Below are positions 39,171 to 51,838 of a DNA stretch of 64,000 bases, piece by piece. The DNA is taken from the NCBI GenBank assembly GCA_965113315.1, contig OZ220368.1; one strand, written 5' to 3'. The translations under genes and the position numbers were made by a program. The stretch's first letter is position 1. Each line of letters opens with the position of its first letter. The stretch is from Podarcis vaucheri. Taxonomy: Eukaryota. Below the pieces are notes generated by a model. That model worked only from the letters and a program-made list of their open reading frames with translations, had not been told where the DNA came from and made no database searches.

Positions 39171-39557
39171 AAAAGGGATGCAGGTGGCATTGTGGTCTAA
39201 ACCACTGAGCCTCTTGGGCTTGCCGATCACAAGGTTGGTGGTTTGAATCCGCCCAATGGGGTGAGCTCCTGTTGCTCTGTCCTAGCTCCTGCCAACCTAG
39301 CAGTTTAAAAGCACACCAGTGCAAGTAGATATATAGGTACCGCTGCAGTGGGAAAGTGAACGGTGTTTCCGTGCACTCTGGGACTCGTCATGGTGTCCCA
39401 TTGTGCCAGAAGCAGTTTAGTCCTGCTGGCCACATGACTTGGAAAGCTATCTGTGGACAAACACCGGCTCCCTTGGCTTGAAAAACGAGATGAGTGCGGC
39501 AACCCCATAGTCACCTTTGACTGGACTTAACTGTCCAGGAGTCCTTTACCTTTTACC
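39171..39557 (+). mobile_element. Sauria SINE, full length
   Basis: Head, body and (ACCTTT)n tail present; TSD TTAGAAGA(C/T)GTCT at 39158-39170 and 39558-39570. Confidence 0.93.
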
Positions 39558-39963
39558 TTAGAAGATGTCTTTCAGGAAATGAAAGTCTTGTCCAAATGAG
39601 AAGTACAAAAAAGTACAAATTTTGGCAATGAAGTACAAGTAGACAATAAGGAATGCGAAAGGGAAAAAATAATAAATTTGCCATTAACATCATTAACGGA
39701 AATTCCACACCATGAGATGCAATAATGGGCTCTAACTTGGAGGTTGTCAAAAGCGGTTAGAGAAAACTAACAATGGCTATGTGCTTCCTCCACTGTCAGG
39801 GGCAGTATCCCAGATGGCTGTTATATTTAGTCTTCTAGTCAAACTCAGTGCTGAATTGCTGGCTAATAATGATCAGAAGCAATGCAAGGAGCAGGATTAG
39901 GGATAAAAACCTAAAGTAGGTTCTTAAAACTCCCCCCCCCCATTGACAAATGCAATCAGAAGT

Positions 39964-40190
39964 AAAAAGGTAAAGGTACCTCTGCCCGTACGGGACAGTC
40001 TTGCAGACTCTAGGGTTGTGCGCTCATCTCACTCTATAGGCCGGGAGCCAGCACTGTCCGCAGACACTTCCGGGTCACGTGGCCAGCGTGACGAAGCTGC
40101 ATCTGACGAGCCAGCGCAGCACACGGAACGCCATTTACCTTCCCGCTAGTAAATGGTCCCTATTTATCTACTTGCACCCGGGGGTGCTTT
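39964..40190 (-). mobile_element. Sauria SINE, 3' half, distinct subfamily
   Basis: AAAGGTAAAGGT tail, TTTACCTTCCCGC and TATTTATCTACTTGCAC; different subterminal sequence (CCTCTGCCCGTACGGG). Confidence 0.85.
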
Positions 40191-40588
40191 TTTGTTATAT
40201 TCATTTTATTTTTATACATTAGTAGATCAGCAGATTAAATTTGGATTGTGATTAATTATCATCTCAATCCAATTATTAATTATTACCAATGAGGTGACCT
40301 TAGTGAGCATTAGATTTTACAACAACAAAAATGGGTTCCCCCTCTGAGGAACTTGCAGAATAATACCCTTATGCAATAGAAGAATGAGGGGAAGAATGAT
40401 TGGCAGCAGGGCAGTGTGATGGAATGGTGAGTGAGTTGAGTGACTGACAGGTGGGGGGAGCTGGTTGAGATGGCGAGTAAGAGGAGTTAGTGAGATCAGA
40501 GAGCTAGAGAGAGATGGCAGGCCAAGGAAATAGAATAGATGGAAAAGTCAGGTATGCTGTTTAGAACAGGCAAACTGCTTTTTTATTA

Positions 40589-40954
40589 CCATATTGGCTT
40601 GAATATAAGCCTCACTTAACCCCAAATTCCGACCGTGAAAAGTTAAAGTGCGGCTTGTATTCACGACCTTATGGTATGCAGCCAGGATCACGGGGCAAAC
40701 AGCGCCAGGAGCGTGGAGAAGCGGCGCCTGCCTTGTGCGTAGTCCCCCGTCCTCTCCCCCGAGGCCGGGAAGGGAGAGAGTGAGGAGGGGGGAAAGGCCA
40801 CTGGCAATGCAGCGTGGCTCCCCCACCGCTGCCCAGCATGCAGCCAGGAGCAGCAAGGAGTGGCTTATATTTGGATATTTTTTCTTTCCCCCCCCCCCAC
40901 AATTTTAAAAGTGCAGCTTATATTCAGGTGTGGCTTATATTCGGGCCAATACGG
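40589..40954. mobile_element. Tc2-type MITE
   Basis: TIRs CCATATTGGCTTGAATATAAGCC and GGCTTATATTCGGGCCAATACGG; TA at 40587-40588 and 40955-40956. Confidence 0.85.
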
Positions 40955-40956
40955 TA

Positions 40957-41419
40957 CAGTGGTGCCTCGCAAGACGAAATTAATCCGTTCCGCGAGTCTC
41001 TTCGTCTTGCTTTTTTTTCATCTTGCGAAGCACGGCTATTAGCGGCTTAGTGGATTAGCGGCTATTAACGGCTTAGCGGCTATTAATGGCTTAGCGGCTT
41101 AGCGGCTATTAACGGCTTAGCGGCTTAGCGGCTTAGCGGCTATTAACGGCTTAGCGGCTATTAGCGGCTTAGCGGCTATTAGCGGCTTAGCGGCTATTAA
41201 CGGCTTAGTGGCTTAGCGGCTCTTAGCGGCTTAGCAGCTATTAACGGCTTAGCGGCTTTAAGAAAAAGGAAACAAACTCGCAAGAACCCGCAAGACGAAA
41301 CGTCTTGCGAAGCAAGCCCATAGGGAAATTCGTCTTGCAGAACGACTCAAAAAACAGAAAACTCTTTCGTCTTGCGCGTTTTTCATCTTGCGAGGCATTC
41401 GTCTTGCGATGTACCATTG
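40957..41419. mobile_element. Tigger/pogo-type MITE, family B, with an internal tandem array
   Basis: TIRs CAGTGGTGCCTCGCAAGACGAA and TTCGTCTTGCGATGTACCATTG; TA flanks; inverted relative to 16578-16830. Confidence 0.88.
41033..41258. repeat. Tandem array of mixed TTAGCGGC (8 nt) and TATTAACGGC/TATTAGCGGC (10 nt) units
   Basis: Seen directly; roughly two dozen units. Confidence 0.95.
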
Positions 41420-43383
41420 TATTATTAAACAACTATGAGCGCTGTTTTCCATAAATACATATAGATACTGATTCTTAGACTGATGAATGTGTTTTGGTCT
41501 GGGTGAATTCTAGGAATAATATGCCTCACTCTACATGCCACCTTTGCTATTCTACATGATTAAGCATATAAAAGGAGAGTCCTATTGTTCTTCATAATAC
41601 ATTGGGTGATGGAAGCAGGAACCAGGGAAGGCTGGACTCGGCTGAGTGACTGAACCTTGTGTCCTCCAGGGGCCACGGCCTTTTGGGGACCCCTGAAACA
41701 GCACACTATACATTAGCAATGACTTTGAATTGAATACGTAGCTGTAGGGACAGCTCAAAAGTTCATCTCCTCCTTTGCCGCTGTGTTTTTGAGATTGGTC
41801 AGTGTGTCAGTTTTTGATCTTGTGGTTTTAAGAAGTTTATTACACCTGAATTCCATGCAATGCATGCTGCGAATCAAAAGTGGCAGATGATAAATCCAAA
41901 CCAAGGGAACCAGTGTCTTATTTCATTTCATTTCACTTTTAATTTGTATACCACCTTTCCATATTGCTATGCACAAGGTGGCTTACAAGCTGGAGAAACA
42001 ACAACATGCACAACAAAACTATAACCATCTTATAACAGTCCAGTCCAATCCAATCCAATCTAATCCACTTTACCACCTGCCATTTTATCTAACTTGATAG
42101 ATTACTTTAACGGGGTGTTTTTGTTTGTGTGGGTTGTTGTTTTATTAATATTGGCTGCAATAAATGAAATTTTGGGCTCCTAAATCATAGTTGCTAACAT
42201 ATTTTTTTTCACCATTCTTTTATATTACTGATACATTTCTCTTTGCAATTGCCTGAGATGCCACCTGTTCTGTGTCAAGTCACTCAGGAGTTTCTACAGT
42301 TGCTAAAGATTTACATTTCTGAGAGTTCCTCAGCTGAGTTGTCTGGTTGTGAAATGCGGGTGCAATGGGTTGAGTTTTTGTTTTTGTTTATTTGTGTAGG
42401 CTCTGCTGTACCGTGCCTTAGCTGGGAAAGATGGGAGTGCTCTCTTTCTTTTTTCACAAGGGGCACTCCTGTTGCTGCATCTCTCCATTAATGTTGTAAA
42501 ACAGATGTGTTGGAAGGTGCTTAAAAATGACTTAAGACTAAAGGTGACAACCCCTCCAAGCCCCCCCCCCAAAGTGTACTGGAGGGCTGGGGGACCCTCT
42601 GAAGCAGATTTTGAGGGTGCATGTGGATACTATAGGGAAGAGGCAAGGAAGATGAAGTGCCATCACAAATGTGGAAATGGGTTGTGCAGTCAGGTGGATG
42701 GAATTGGATATTGTCCTTAAGGTGAAGCCTTTGCTAGCAAATATTTTGAAATCCAACAGATTTTCCTGTTGCACCATTCCACTTTTGAATTAGAATTTGC
42801 ATTTTGAATATATTTTAACCTCTCCACTTTATTGGCGTTTCTTGGTATTGGTATTGATTTGGCAGATTCCATATATGAAACACCGTCATAAACTCTCAGC
42901 TGTCAAGTACCAACCACCATTGCATGTTATCTCTCAAATGTTGTAAGTTTTTAAAATACCTTTACATTTCAACTGTCAAATATTGTTATTAAAAGCTATC
43001 ATGCCAATCACCCAATACTATCAAGTGTGATATGCCAGCAGTCTCGAAACTGTTCTCCAGGGAACTCTTGAGTTCTTTGGAAGCTTATTGTAATTTACTC
43101 AATGAGAAGATCAGTGCTCATGGTCAGGTGTTTTTTTTTTAAAAAGTCCTTTGCAATGTGCAACCTCAGAAAGCTGGTGAGCTGTGGAGAAGGAACATGG
43201 GAGTGTGGGTCTCAGAGAAGGGGTGATGGTATCATCCACCAGGGAACAGGGTGTCAGGAGGCATAATTAACAGACCCTCCTCGCTCTGGGGAGTGAATGA
43301 GATGATAACAAAGTCTTCAAGTTTTACTGTTTGTGCTGACTTAGCATAGAGGAAGTCAGAGTCGGAAGAAAATAATCAAGCAA

Positions 43384-44185
43384 GGGCTGCTGTGTTGCTG
43401 GGGATGTTGCTTTTGTTTCAAACATTGCAAGCTTTGGATGGGATGGATTGTTTAAGGAGGTGGCAGAGGGATGTTTTTAGAGTTGTTTGGCAGGGCAGGA
43501 AACCTCGAGTAAAACTTAAGATATTGATGGATGCCAAAGAAGGAGGTGGACCTGCCCTGCCAGACCTTTACATTTCGTTGTGAACCATCTGCTTTTTGCT
43601 GGTTGAGAGAATGGCTGCTTCTTGAAAACACTGAAGTGTTGGACAATGGCAGATGAAGTTGATGGACTATATGGAATTGGCGGAAATGACTGGCAAGATC
43701 CGAGACCAGGGAGAAGAGTCGGTGGAAGAAGATTGGAAAAAGCTTAAAGACTATTTATAGAAATATTGTAAAATTAAGGAATGTTCGAAAAATGTTGGAA
43801 TGAAGTTATATGGCTCTAGTAGAAATGTCATAAGGAATTAAGTATAAATAGATTAATAGAAAATGAAAGGAAAATTAAGGCAATAATGTGTTAAGATAAT
43901 TATAGGATAGAAAACAGAGTAAGATGGAAAGGAATTGCTGAAACAATTAATAGAAGTGGAATACAAAAAGGGAGGTGTGAGGAGGTCGCTGGAAATAAGT
44001 GAATGAAATATAAGATATTGAAAATGTTTGAGGTGTTTTTAAATTGTTTTTGTTGGTTTTAGCTTTCTTTTGTTAGTCCATGTAGCGTTTTTGTATTGTA
44101 TTTGTATTGTTTTTTCCTCTTTTCTTTTTTGTTTGTAGTGTGTTGAAAATGTTGAAAAAGTAATAAATATCATTTTTTTTAAAAA
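43384..44185 (+). mobile_element. L1/Tx1-clade LINE, 5'-truncated and internally deleted
   Basis: VWQGRKPRVKLKILMDAKEGGGPALPDL joined almost directly to the C-terminal WQMKLMDYMELAEMTGKIRDQ; AATAAA and A-tail; 18-bp TSD AAGAAAATAATCAAGCAA at 43366-43383 and 44186-44203. Confidence 0.9.
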
Positions 44186-44588
44186 AAGAAAATAATCAAG
44201 CAAAGGATAGATTATTCTTCTTTCCTTTATTCATAGTAGCAATTACAGTTGTTTTACTAATTAAATCTAAAGGTTGGATTTCAGCCGGCTGAAGATCTTT
44301 TCTTAAAAGCTCCATGTGTTTTTATAAGTTAAACTTATGTGGCCCAAAGCAAGCACTGCTGTGTGTTCAATTGAGCTTCATTCTCGGGAAGTATACATTC
44401 AGGATTATATCCCGTGTACTGCTCTTCTGCGGGTGCTTTGTGTGTTTAATAATGGAGCAACACTGTCACCTGTATTTTTGGATTTTTCCATGGCCGTAGG
44501 AGCTCTCCTGAAAATATTGCCTGAACTTCAAAAGTTAACCACACCACCACAGATGGTGAAGCCTAAAGTTGCTCACATTAGCCTAGAG

Positions 44589-44753
44589 AAGTGGTTCTCA
44601 GCTAAGAACTGTGCACCCCCAGTTTTTCAAAAGTGAAGCCATGAACCCCAAAACTTTGAAAATTTCAATATCTCTATGGCAGTTTTTGTTATGTGAATGG
44701 TGTCACGGACCCCCTGGGTGGGTTTTGCAGACACCACTGATTGGGAACCATTG
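44589..44753. mobile_element. hAT (Charlie-type) MITE, degenerate
   Basis: Ends AAGTGGTTCTCA and TGGGAACCATTG; TSD GCCTAGAG and CCCTAGAG. Confidence 0.7.
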
Positions 44754-45589
44754 CCCTAGAGCATTGTGGGGTTTGCTTGTTTTCAAAAATAATGTGGACT
44801 GGAAACAGGCAGAGTCACTCATCCCCTTTGAACAGCTGTCTTTCTTACACACTCCTTTCATCACCTGGAGAAACCTTGGAATGTCCCCAGCATTGCCTGC
44901 CTAGTAACAGAAACAGGAGGATTGCAGGAATAATAGTACTACCAGTCTCCTGTTTCAGACGATATATCTAAAGAAGAGTAAATGTTAGAGCAGCAAACAT
45001 TATTTGATTAATCAGTGTCATTAATGGGGTAGAAAGAGAAAAGGTTTATTCATAGTTTATAATTTTGTTTCTCGTTTAAATAGGTAAGCAAAAAATCCTG
45101 ATTTAAGGAGCTATAATAGGTTGCACAGGCGTGCCAGTTGCCTGCTCAAGGATCAAATTGGATGACCACTTCTCCAAACCCCACAGTTAAAAGATATTTT
45201 TTCCTTCCTGTTTGTGTCCAAAGCTAGCCGACAGTTTGCCTTTCAGGGTAGAACTGCTGTGCCTTTTCCTTCAGCTATATAAGACCCACAGGCAACTGAA
45301 GCTGACAGTTCTCAAATGAAATCAGTGTCAATACATCTTTTAGAACTGGATCTTACACAACACTGATGGGCCTTTTACTGGAATGTTTTTTGAAGCCATT
45401 TAGGCTCTCCTGTGTTAACTGCTAATAGGAAAGGAAGAGAAGCTGACCACTTTTTTCCAAGACACCTCAAAACGTACATTCATTGTGGTATTGTGATATG
45501 TTCATTTTAATAAAAAGTGTAAATTTAAATTAATTCATTAAATTCAAATATTTTAATGTGTGTGTGTGTAATTGACCAGTAAAGATTGG

Positions 45590-45860
45590 ATAAGGGTTTA
45601 GATCACCTCACTCTAAGAGGCAGGAATATGGGAGAGAAGGACAAGAGAGATGTTTTCAAATTATAAATGGTTGCAATAAGGGAAGACCCACAAGGAAGGA
45701 CAAGAAACAACAGGGTTAAGTTTGCAGCTAAGAAAAGTAAGAGATTGGAAATGTTTCCTAAATGGGCAGTGGAACAACTTGCCTAGGGAAGATGTAAAAT
45801 CTTCCTCTCTGGTGGTTGTAAAGAAGAAATTGGATCAGCACTGAGCATTGATGGGAAATG
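45590..45860 (+). mobile_element. Ancient CR1/L3 remnant
   Basis: GTTTTCAAAT..AGGACAAGAAACAACAGGGTTAAG..CAGTGGAACAACTTGCCTAGGGAAGATGT..TCTTCCTCTCTGG pattern of the CR1 ORF2 end. Confidence 0.55.
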
Positions 45861-47150
45861 CTTTGAGCTGTCTAGGAAATCCGGTTGTTTCAGGACTATC
45901 TCACACTAACTGGGACTATTCTGATTCTCTCTATTATTGGTAACTTGTAGGTCATTGATGACACTTCATATATTTTATTTATTCATCTTTACTTAGTTTA
46001 TTTTCAGTACAATTAGTGTTTCCTGATTAAATAACGATTGGCCAGTGAGGAACAATTATGCATGTGGCCTTGCTTTGCTTTTGCATCCTTTGGACTTCCT
46101 GCATCATTTGTACTGTCTCTACTCCTTTTTGCTCCTAGACTTGCTTTACATTAGCATTTTGCTTGGTGCTTTTCTTCTATAAAAAAGGTGAAGTTGTTGC
46201 ACTGACAGTGCCTTGCGAATATCGGCATGACTGAGAGACCATGAGTTGAACAATCCTCCAGTTGGGTTTTCAGTTGACACTTGTTTCTGAATAGAATCCT
46301 CGGACTTGTACTCTTCCGGTGTTCCTTCTGTCCAGTTTCATGGCTGTTTTTGTCCTTGCTGGACTTCCCTCCATTACCTACTGCCCTTTCATGAGAAGGC
46401 AAGGAAAAGAGGTGATGGATGGCTTTGTCCTGTAGGTCATGCTCAGCCCTCGGGCACCTGCCATTCCATGGCACCACTACCCTGTGATGAGTCCCTGTCT
46501 CTGTCCGGTGGCAGAAGGACACAGCTGTGAGGCTCTGTATGAGATGCTTCCCTGTACATTTTCTGCAGCACCGGTGTCTGGGCTGCCAAGGCATAATCCG
46601 TCAAAGCGCCCTCCATGAGGAGAAAGCAGAGCAGGGGGCCTCGTGTTAAAGTCAAAGGAAGAGCTGCCTGACTTTAGCCTCCAGCTGTGTATGGGGCTCT
46701 GCTCTGGGCTTGGCAGTAAATAAATAAAAGATGGGAATTGGGAGGGGTGAGGAGAGCTGCCATGTGTAACCCACCTTTCTTGCTTGTCAGACCTCTTTGC
46801 CCATTGTTTCTGACTGAGAAAATGGTCTTAGGATCAGGCAGAGAGGCAGTGATTTGTCCAAGGCCACCCAGGAAGGCTATGGTGATGGAGCTAGGCTTTG
46901 AATTAAGGTTCTCTCAAAGTCTAGATCTCAAGCCAGTGCCACTGATTAGTGTTTATAGTTGTTTTTATTACTCTATAATAGCTAAAATCTGCTTTTATGT
47001 CAGCATAACTGATTTTTTTGGTCTGCCATCAACCTTTTTTTGAGATGCATATCTGTATGCAAAAATTCTAATTGATGAAGACCATGCTAATAAAAATATT
47101 CATTCATATTTACAACTAGCTGAATCTGCAGTCTGAAGTACTTGCCAGGG

Positions 47151-47182
47151 AGTAAGTCTCATTGAACTCAGTGAGGCTTACT
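47151..47182. repeat. Short hairpin repeat (ancient sauropsid palindromic element, possibly Penelope-derived)
   Basis: AGTAAGTCTCATTGA-AC-TCAGTGAGGCTTACT stem-loop; related copy near 11203-11240. Confidence 0.5.
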
Positions 47183-49306
47183 TCTAAGTAAAGATTTAAA
47201 GATTAACACTATAGGATTCTAAATCCCAAAACAGTCAGATGATTTTTTTTCTTTTTAGACAGCTTTGAGCTGAGTTTATGCATACGAAAGCTTAGCTTCT
47301 ACCATAGAATCTTCCTTTCAAGTCTCGTTTTAAAGACCCTTACCAAAACACTAGTATTGCAATGAAAATTTTGCAACTCATGTGCATGGCATCAGTAAAT
47401 TTGTTTCATCTCTGCTACCAGTTATTTGTTTTAATGTAATTTCCAACAGAGTTGGTTCCATGTTTCACCATTTTGAGGTGAGAAGTTTTGGTAGCTGGAC
47501 ATTGGACTATTTCACACAAGAGTTCCTCTCAATTGCTTGTAGCAAAAATCAAACATGTTAACCAGATGGTCATAGATATCACTGGTATCAATTCTCATGA
47601 TTACAGCTGATAGAAAAATGGTGCTGTGATCCTGGGAATTGTTACTGGCCATATTTGTTTGGAGACACAGCTCCCCTTATCAGAAGATGTAAGATGGGTG
47701 TAACTAACTGCTGAACAAATTCCCCTGATGAACATCAGCGAAATGAATCAGGAACTTTTGATTTTTCTATTTATATTTAAGGAAGCAAGAACATATAACT
47801 CAATAACACAAGACTAAAGAATGACTATATGGCTCAATTAAAATTAAATGGACACACACAAACAGAAAATACAAATGAATGAAAAAAAAAAATCTGGGCC
47901 ATTTACTTCATGTTCCGGGGGGCGGGGGGGGGGATGTTGTTATTGGTGTTGGGGAGGGGATAACATTTTTAAAGAATAATTTTATATATAAACATCAGGA
48001 TATTGCCTCCAGGTTTACTTACTTACTTACTAGTGCACCTTATTGTATTTGCATGTTTCATACTTTCATATTTTGCAATTAGCAATCATTTTGCATTCAT
48101 AACCAGGATTGCTAGAAAATGTAGTGTGTGACCTAACCCAAGGGATCTCACACAGCTGGCACCAGAAAGTGTTTTTTCTGCAGGTCAGATTGGTTCTCAA
48201 ATATGTGTTTTCTCCTTCTCTTCTAGTATGTAGTTTGATTCACTTGCCTGAGCCATCTATTTTGCCTTTCTGTTCCATCACTCATACATTTATCCCCAGC
48301 AATGGAGCATATTGAGAAGGAGTGATCTCTATCATGACTGATGTGTGATGCACTGTAGTGGGGTTTTCCCCATTAATGGGAAAGGCGTCACAGTTACCAT
48401 TAGTGGAATAATTCGCTTGTTGCTGTTACATTGTTAAAACTGGTCAGGTTTCTGCACGGTTGGTTCCTGGATAGTCAACTGGCCGGAAGCCCCACAGGAG
48501 CTATTCTGTGATTTCCAAAGAGGTGGGGGGGGGGGTATGATAAATATGACAGATTTATTGTGTGAGAATATTTTTGACAATCTATTGAATGATAAAATAG
48601 CATCATCCAGAAATTGCACTGCAATCAGAGATATACCCAGTTAGAAATGTGATACTACATGTGCGTGGAAATATGCCCACATAGGGTATTTTATGTGCCT
48701 GGCCTTACTTGCAAAAAGGACATTCATTCAGTTATTCTGGATGTGGGGTTATAAATGCACACTTGTTTCATGAATCTCTGGCATGCTAAACACTATACAT
48801 GAAGCAAGGTGTTGTTTAAGGCTGCACATGAATTGCTGACTAGATAAAGGGTGTGAGATGTTGTTGTTTTTGGTCCCATTTAAATCAGGCCTGGGAATGG
48901 ACAAAGCTCAAGACTCCAGAAAGGAGTCTCTGTGGTATTACTTGTTGATAGCAATAAGCTAATTACCTGATTAATTAGATAGTGAAAAATTCAGAAACCC
49001 CCATGGAAATCAATATCCCTTTCTTTTTCTTTAACCTCTTTACTCAATGTAGGTCACAAAACTTGGAAACCCGCCAAGCTGCAAAGGGTTATTTGGGTTT
49101 ATAGGCTGTCCTATAACCTTTTATTTTCCTCACATCCCTTTTTAAAATAACTTCCTCCCTACTCATTCTCTTTTAGAACTGAGACTGAACTAGGGTTGAT
49201 TCTAGCTGTTTTTATTTCCTGCATAGCACAGTTCTGGTTGGCACTGATACTTTAAGAGTAGTGGGGCTCTGGTTTTAGAATTCAGCACTCTGTAATTTCT
49301 TTAGCA

Positions 49307-49685
49307 GGACGCGGGTGGCGCTGTTGTCTAAACCACCAAACCTCTTGGGCTTGCCAATTGGAAGGTTGGTGGTTCAAATCTCTGCAACGGTGGTGAGCTC
49401 CTGTTGCTCTGTCCTAGATTCTGCCAACCTAGCAGTTCAAAAGCAGGCCAGTGCAAGTAGATAAATAGGTACCACTGCAATTGGAAGGTAAGCGGCATTT
49501 CTGTGTTCTCTGTTTCCGTCATGGTGTCCTGTTGCACCAGAAGCATTTTTGTCCTGCTGGCCACATGACCCAGAAAGCTGTCTGTGGACAAACGCCGGCT
49601 CCCTTATCCTGAAGTGAAATGAGCGCTGCACCCCAAGGTTGCCTTGCCTGGACTTAACTATCCAGGCGTCCTTTACCTTTACCTA
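49307..49685 (+). mobile_element. Sauria SINE, full length
   Basis: GGACGCGGGTGGCGCTG head; (ACCTTT)n tail; TSD TCTTT(A/G)GCA at 49298-49306 and 49686-49694. Confidence 0.92.
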
Positions 49686-50879
49686 TCTTTGGCATTGCTG
49701 CTTTTGAATCCTCTGTGGAAGATTGCTGCTCAGGTTTTCTGTTTTGGAAACTAAGGCAGAGAATGAGTGATATGCATAAGACCACACAACGAGGCAATGA
49801 GAGAAGTAGGCCTTGAACCCTTTGCTTCCAATTTCCAAGCCAGATACCATTAGCCATGTGTATGTGGTCTCTGCTTATGTTTCCAATTCTGGATGTAGGC
49901 ATGCAGCTAGCATTTGCATTTGCCCCTCCTGGTGTGCATGGCATGGATAAGAGCTATCCAGGGGAATTCAGTGCAGTGGCTTGTCAGTAATACTTTGCTG
50001 CGGGCAGCAGGAGCACATATGGTCCGAAAGAGACGATTAAAGGAAGCTCCAAGCCCTGTGTTGCTGACAAGTGATAACTGGCTTCTTTAGCTCAGATCTG
50101 GAGGGTGCTCATGATTAGACTGGACACTATCTAAGGTTCCTAGCTTCCCAAGTCATCCCCTTTGCATTCAGTTGCCCTGCAGGGCTTCACTCTTGGGAAT
50201 CACATTGGGTTCTTTTGTGTTTCCTTGTTCCCTGCTACTTTGTATTGGTCTGACCCACTTCTCTGGAAGTGCATCTTTTATTTTCAGTTGGAGGCTGGGC
50301 CCCTGGGGCTAAAACTGTAATTGCCTGGATTTCAACCTCCAGATTTTCCATATCCACCTTGATGAATGCCAGAAAGAGTTCTAGCAGTGCACATCTGACA
50401 GATTTTGAACTCCAGAACCCACTAGAAAAATTTTGATCATGGAACCCATTTTTCAAGAGGTGAGAATTTTCTTTCAAAGTTGCATTTTCATAGTTTTTCC
50501 AAAAACCAAGTATTAGAAAATTGCATTTGTCCTTCTAGCATCCAGGTGAGTGACATTACCCCTGCTATACTAGGGAAGGATTTTGGTATATAACAAACCT
50601 CAGTATAGGACTAGAAAAATCTGAAGCTCTTGGACATTTTGAGCAAGCATGCTGGAATCTTAAATACTTTTCCATTTATATCCAGAGCTGGCCTTAAAAA
50701 GGTCTGTTGCTGCATTTTAGGATCATGAAATATTTTTTCCGATTCCTATTACAGCAAGCCTGCCTGCCAGCAAGGGTCTTTCAACTAAGACTACTTTATC
50801 AGCTTGCAGGTTGTAAATGTCAAGCCATATTGCAGGGTACTTTCTGTTTTGCCTAGCTGGCTAAGTTCAGTGCAGAAGG

Positions 50880-51050
50880 GTTGCCTCTGAAAACCAGTCC
50901 CTGGGAATTGCAGCTAGGCAGAGTCCTGCTGCGTTTATATCCTGTTTTAGCTTCCAGGCTTCCCACAGACATCTGGTTGGCCATTGATAACAGGATGCTG
51001 GACTAGATCGGCCATGGGCCTGATCCAGCAGCCTCATCTTACATTCTTAA
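50880..51050 (+). mobile_element. CR1-type 3'UTR remnant
   Basis: CAGGATGCTGGACTAGAT..GGCCTGATCCAGCAGCCTCATCTTACATTCTTA. Confidence 0.6.
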
Positions 51051-51230
51051 GGGTTGTAGCTTCCTGGAAAAGTACATTCTATGTTTGCAGACGGTTCCAG
51101 ACTGAATCACCAACATCACCAGTAACTGGGAAAGAGACAGATCTCAGATCTGATGTTTTAGCAAATTTCTCCTGCCGGTCACAATTAACAATATTGGGCT
51201 AGATGAACCTATGATCTGATCCAGGATAAG

Positions 51231-51789
51231 TGTCAGGAGCTGGAGTCCGGGGAAGATCAGCAATAAAACACCTGGTGTCAGTGAAGTTAAACCAAAACAT
51301 AGAAGGCCTAGCGATCACAGCAGCTCTTCCCAGTAGTTCTTGCCCCAATGAGGAAGTTGAGAGAGCTGAAGGTCTCCACCTTCCCACTGCTCTCTAAGTA
51401 TCCTTTCCCAGTCCCTGGTCGTCTTGTCTCTCTTTGCTCTGGCCTCTTCCTTTCTCTGCATGGAGAGAGAGAAGGGGGGAGGAGAGCTGGTCACAGCAGG
51501 AGTGGGAGGTTCCCTGGCTTCTTCAGCAGCCTGCATCATATCTGTCCCTTGACCCCCTTCTGCTTCTGCCTATGATTCTTGACTGCTCTCTGCCACAGCC
51601 TCTTGCTGCTCGCTAAACCCTGTTGCCACTTTAGCTTTTGACACCTCCTCCTCCCTCTTCTCCCTCTGGCCACTCATCGGTGTCCCACCACCAATCCCCT
51701 GGCTCTGAGCCTTCTTCCTTTGGGGGTTTCCTGGGGATTTCCCAGCTGGTGCCTCCCACCACTCTGCTGCATCCGGCCAGTCCATGATA
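51231..51789 (-). mobile_element. Solo LTR (Gypsy- or ERV-like); strand tentative
   Basis: Termini TGTCA and TGATA (TGACA with one change); 5-bp TSD ATAAG at 51226-51230 and 51790-51794; 559 bp. Confidence 0.7.
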
Positions 51790-51838
51790 ATAAGGCAGTT
51801 TAGACTGTTCAGTGGGGCAAAATGTTCCCCATCAGGAT

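Noticed and set aside
41033-41258. CRISPR-like or telomeric array
   Set aside because: There are no unique spacers or cas genes, the context is eukaryotic, and the units are not TTAGGG. It is a tandem repeat inside a MITE.
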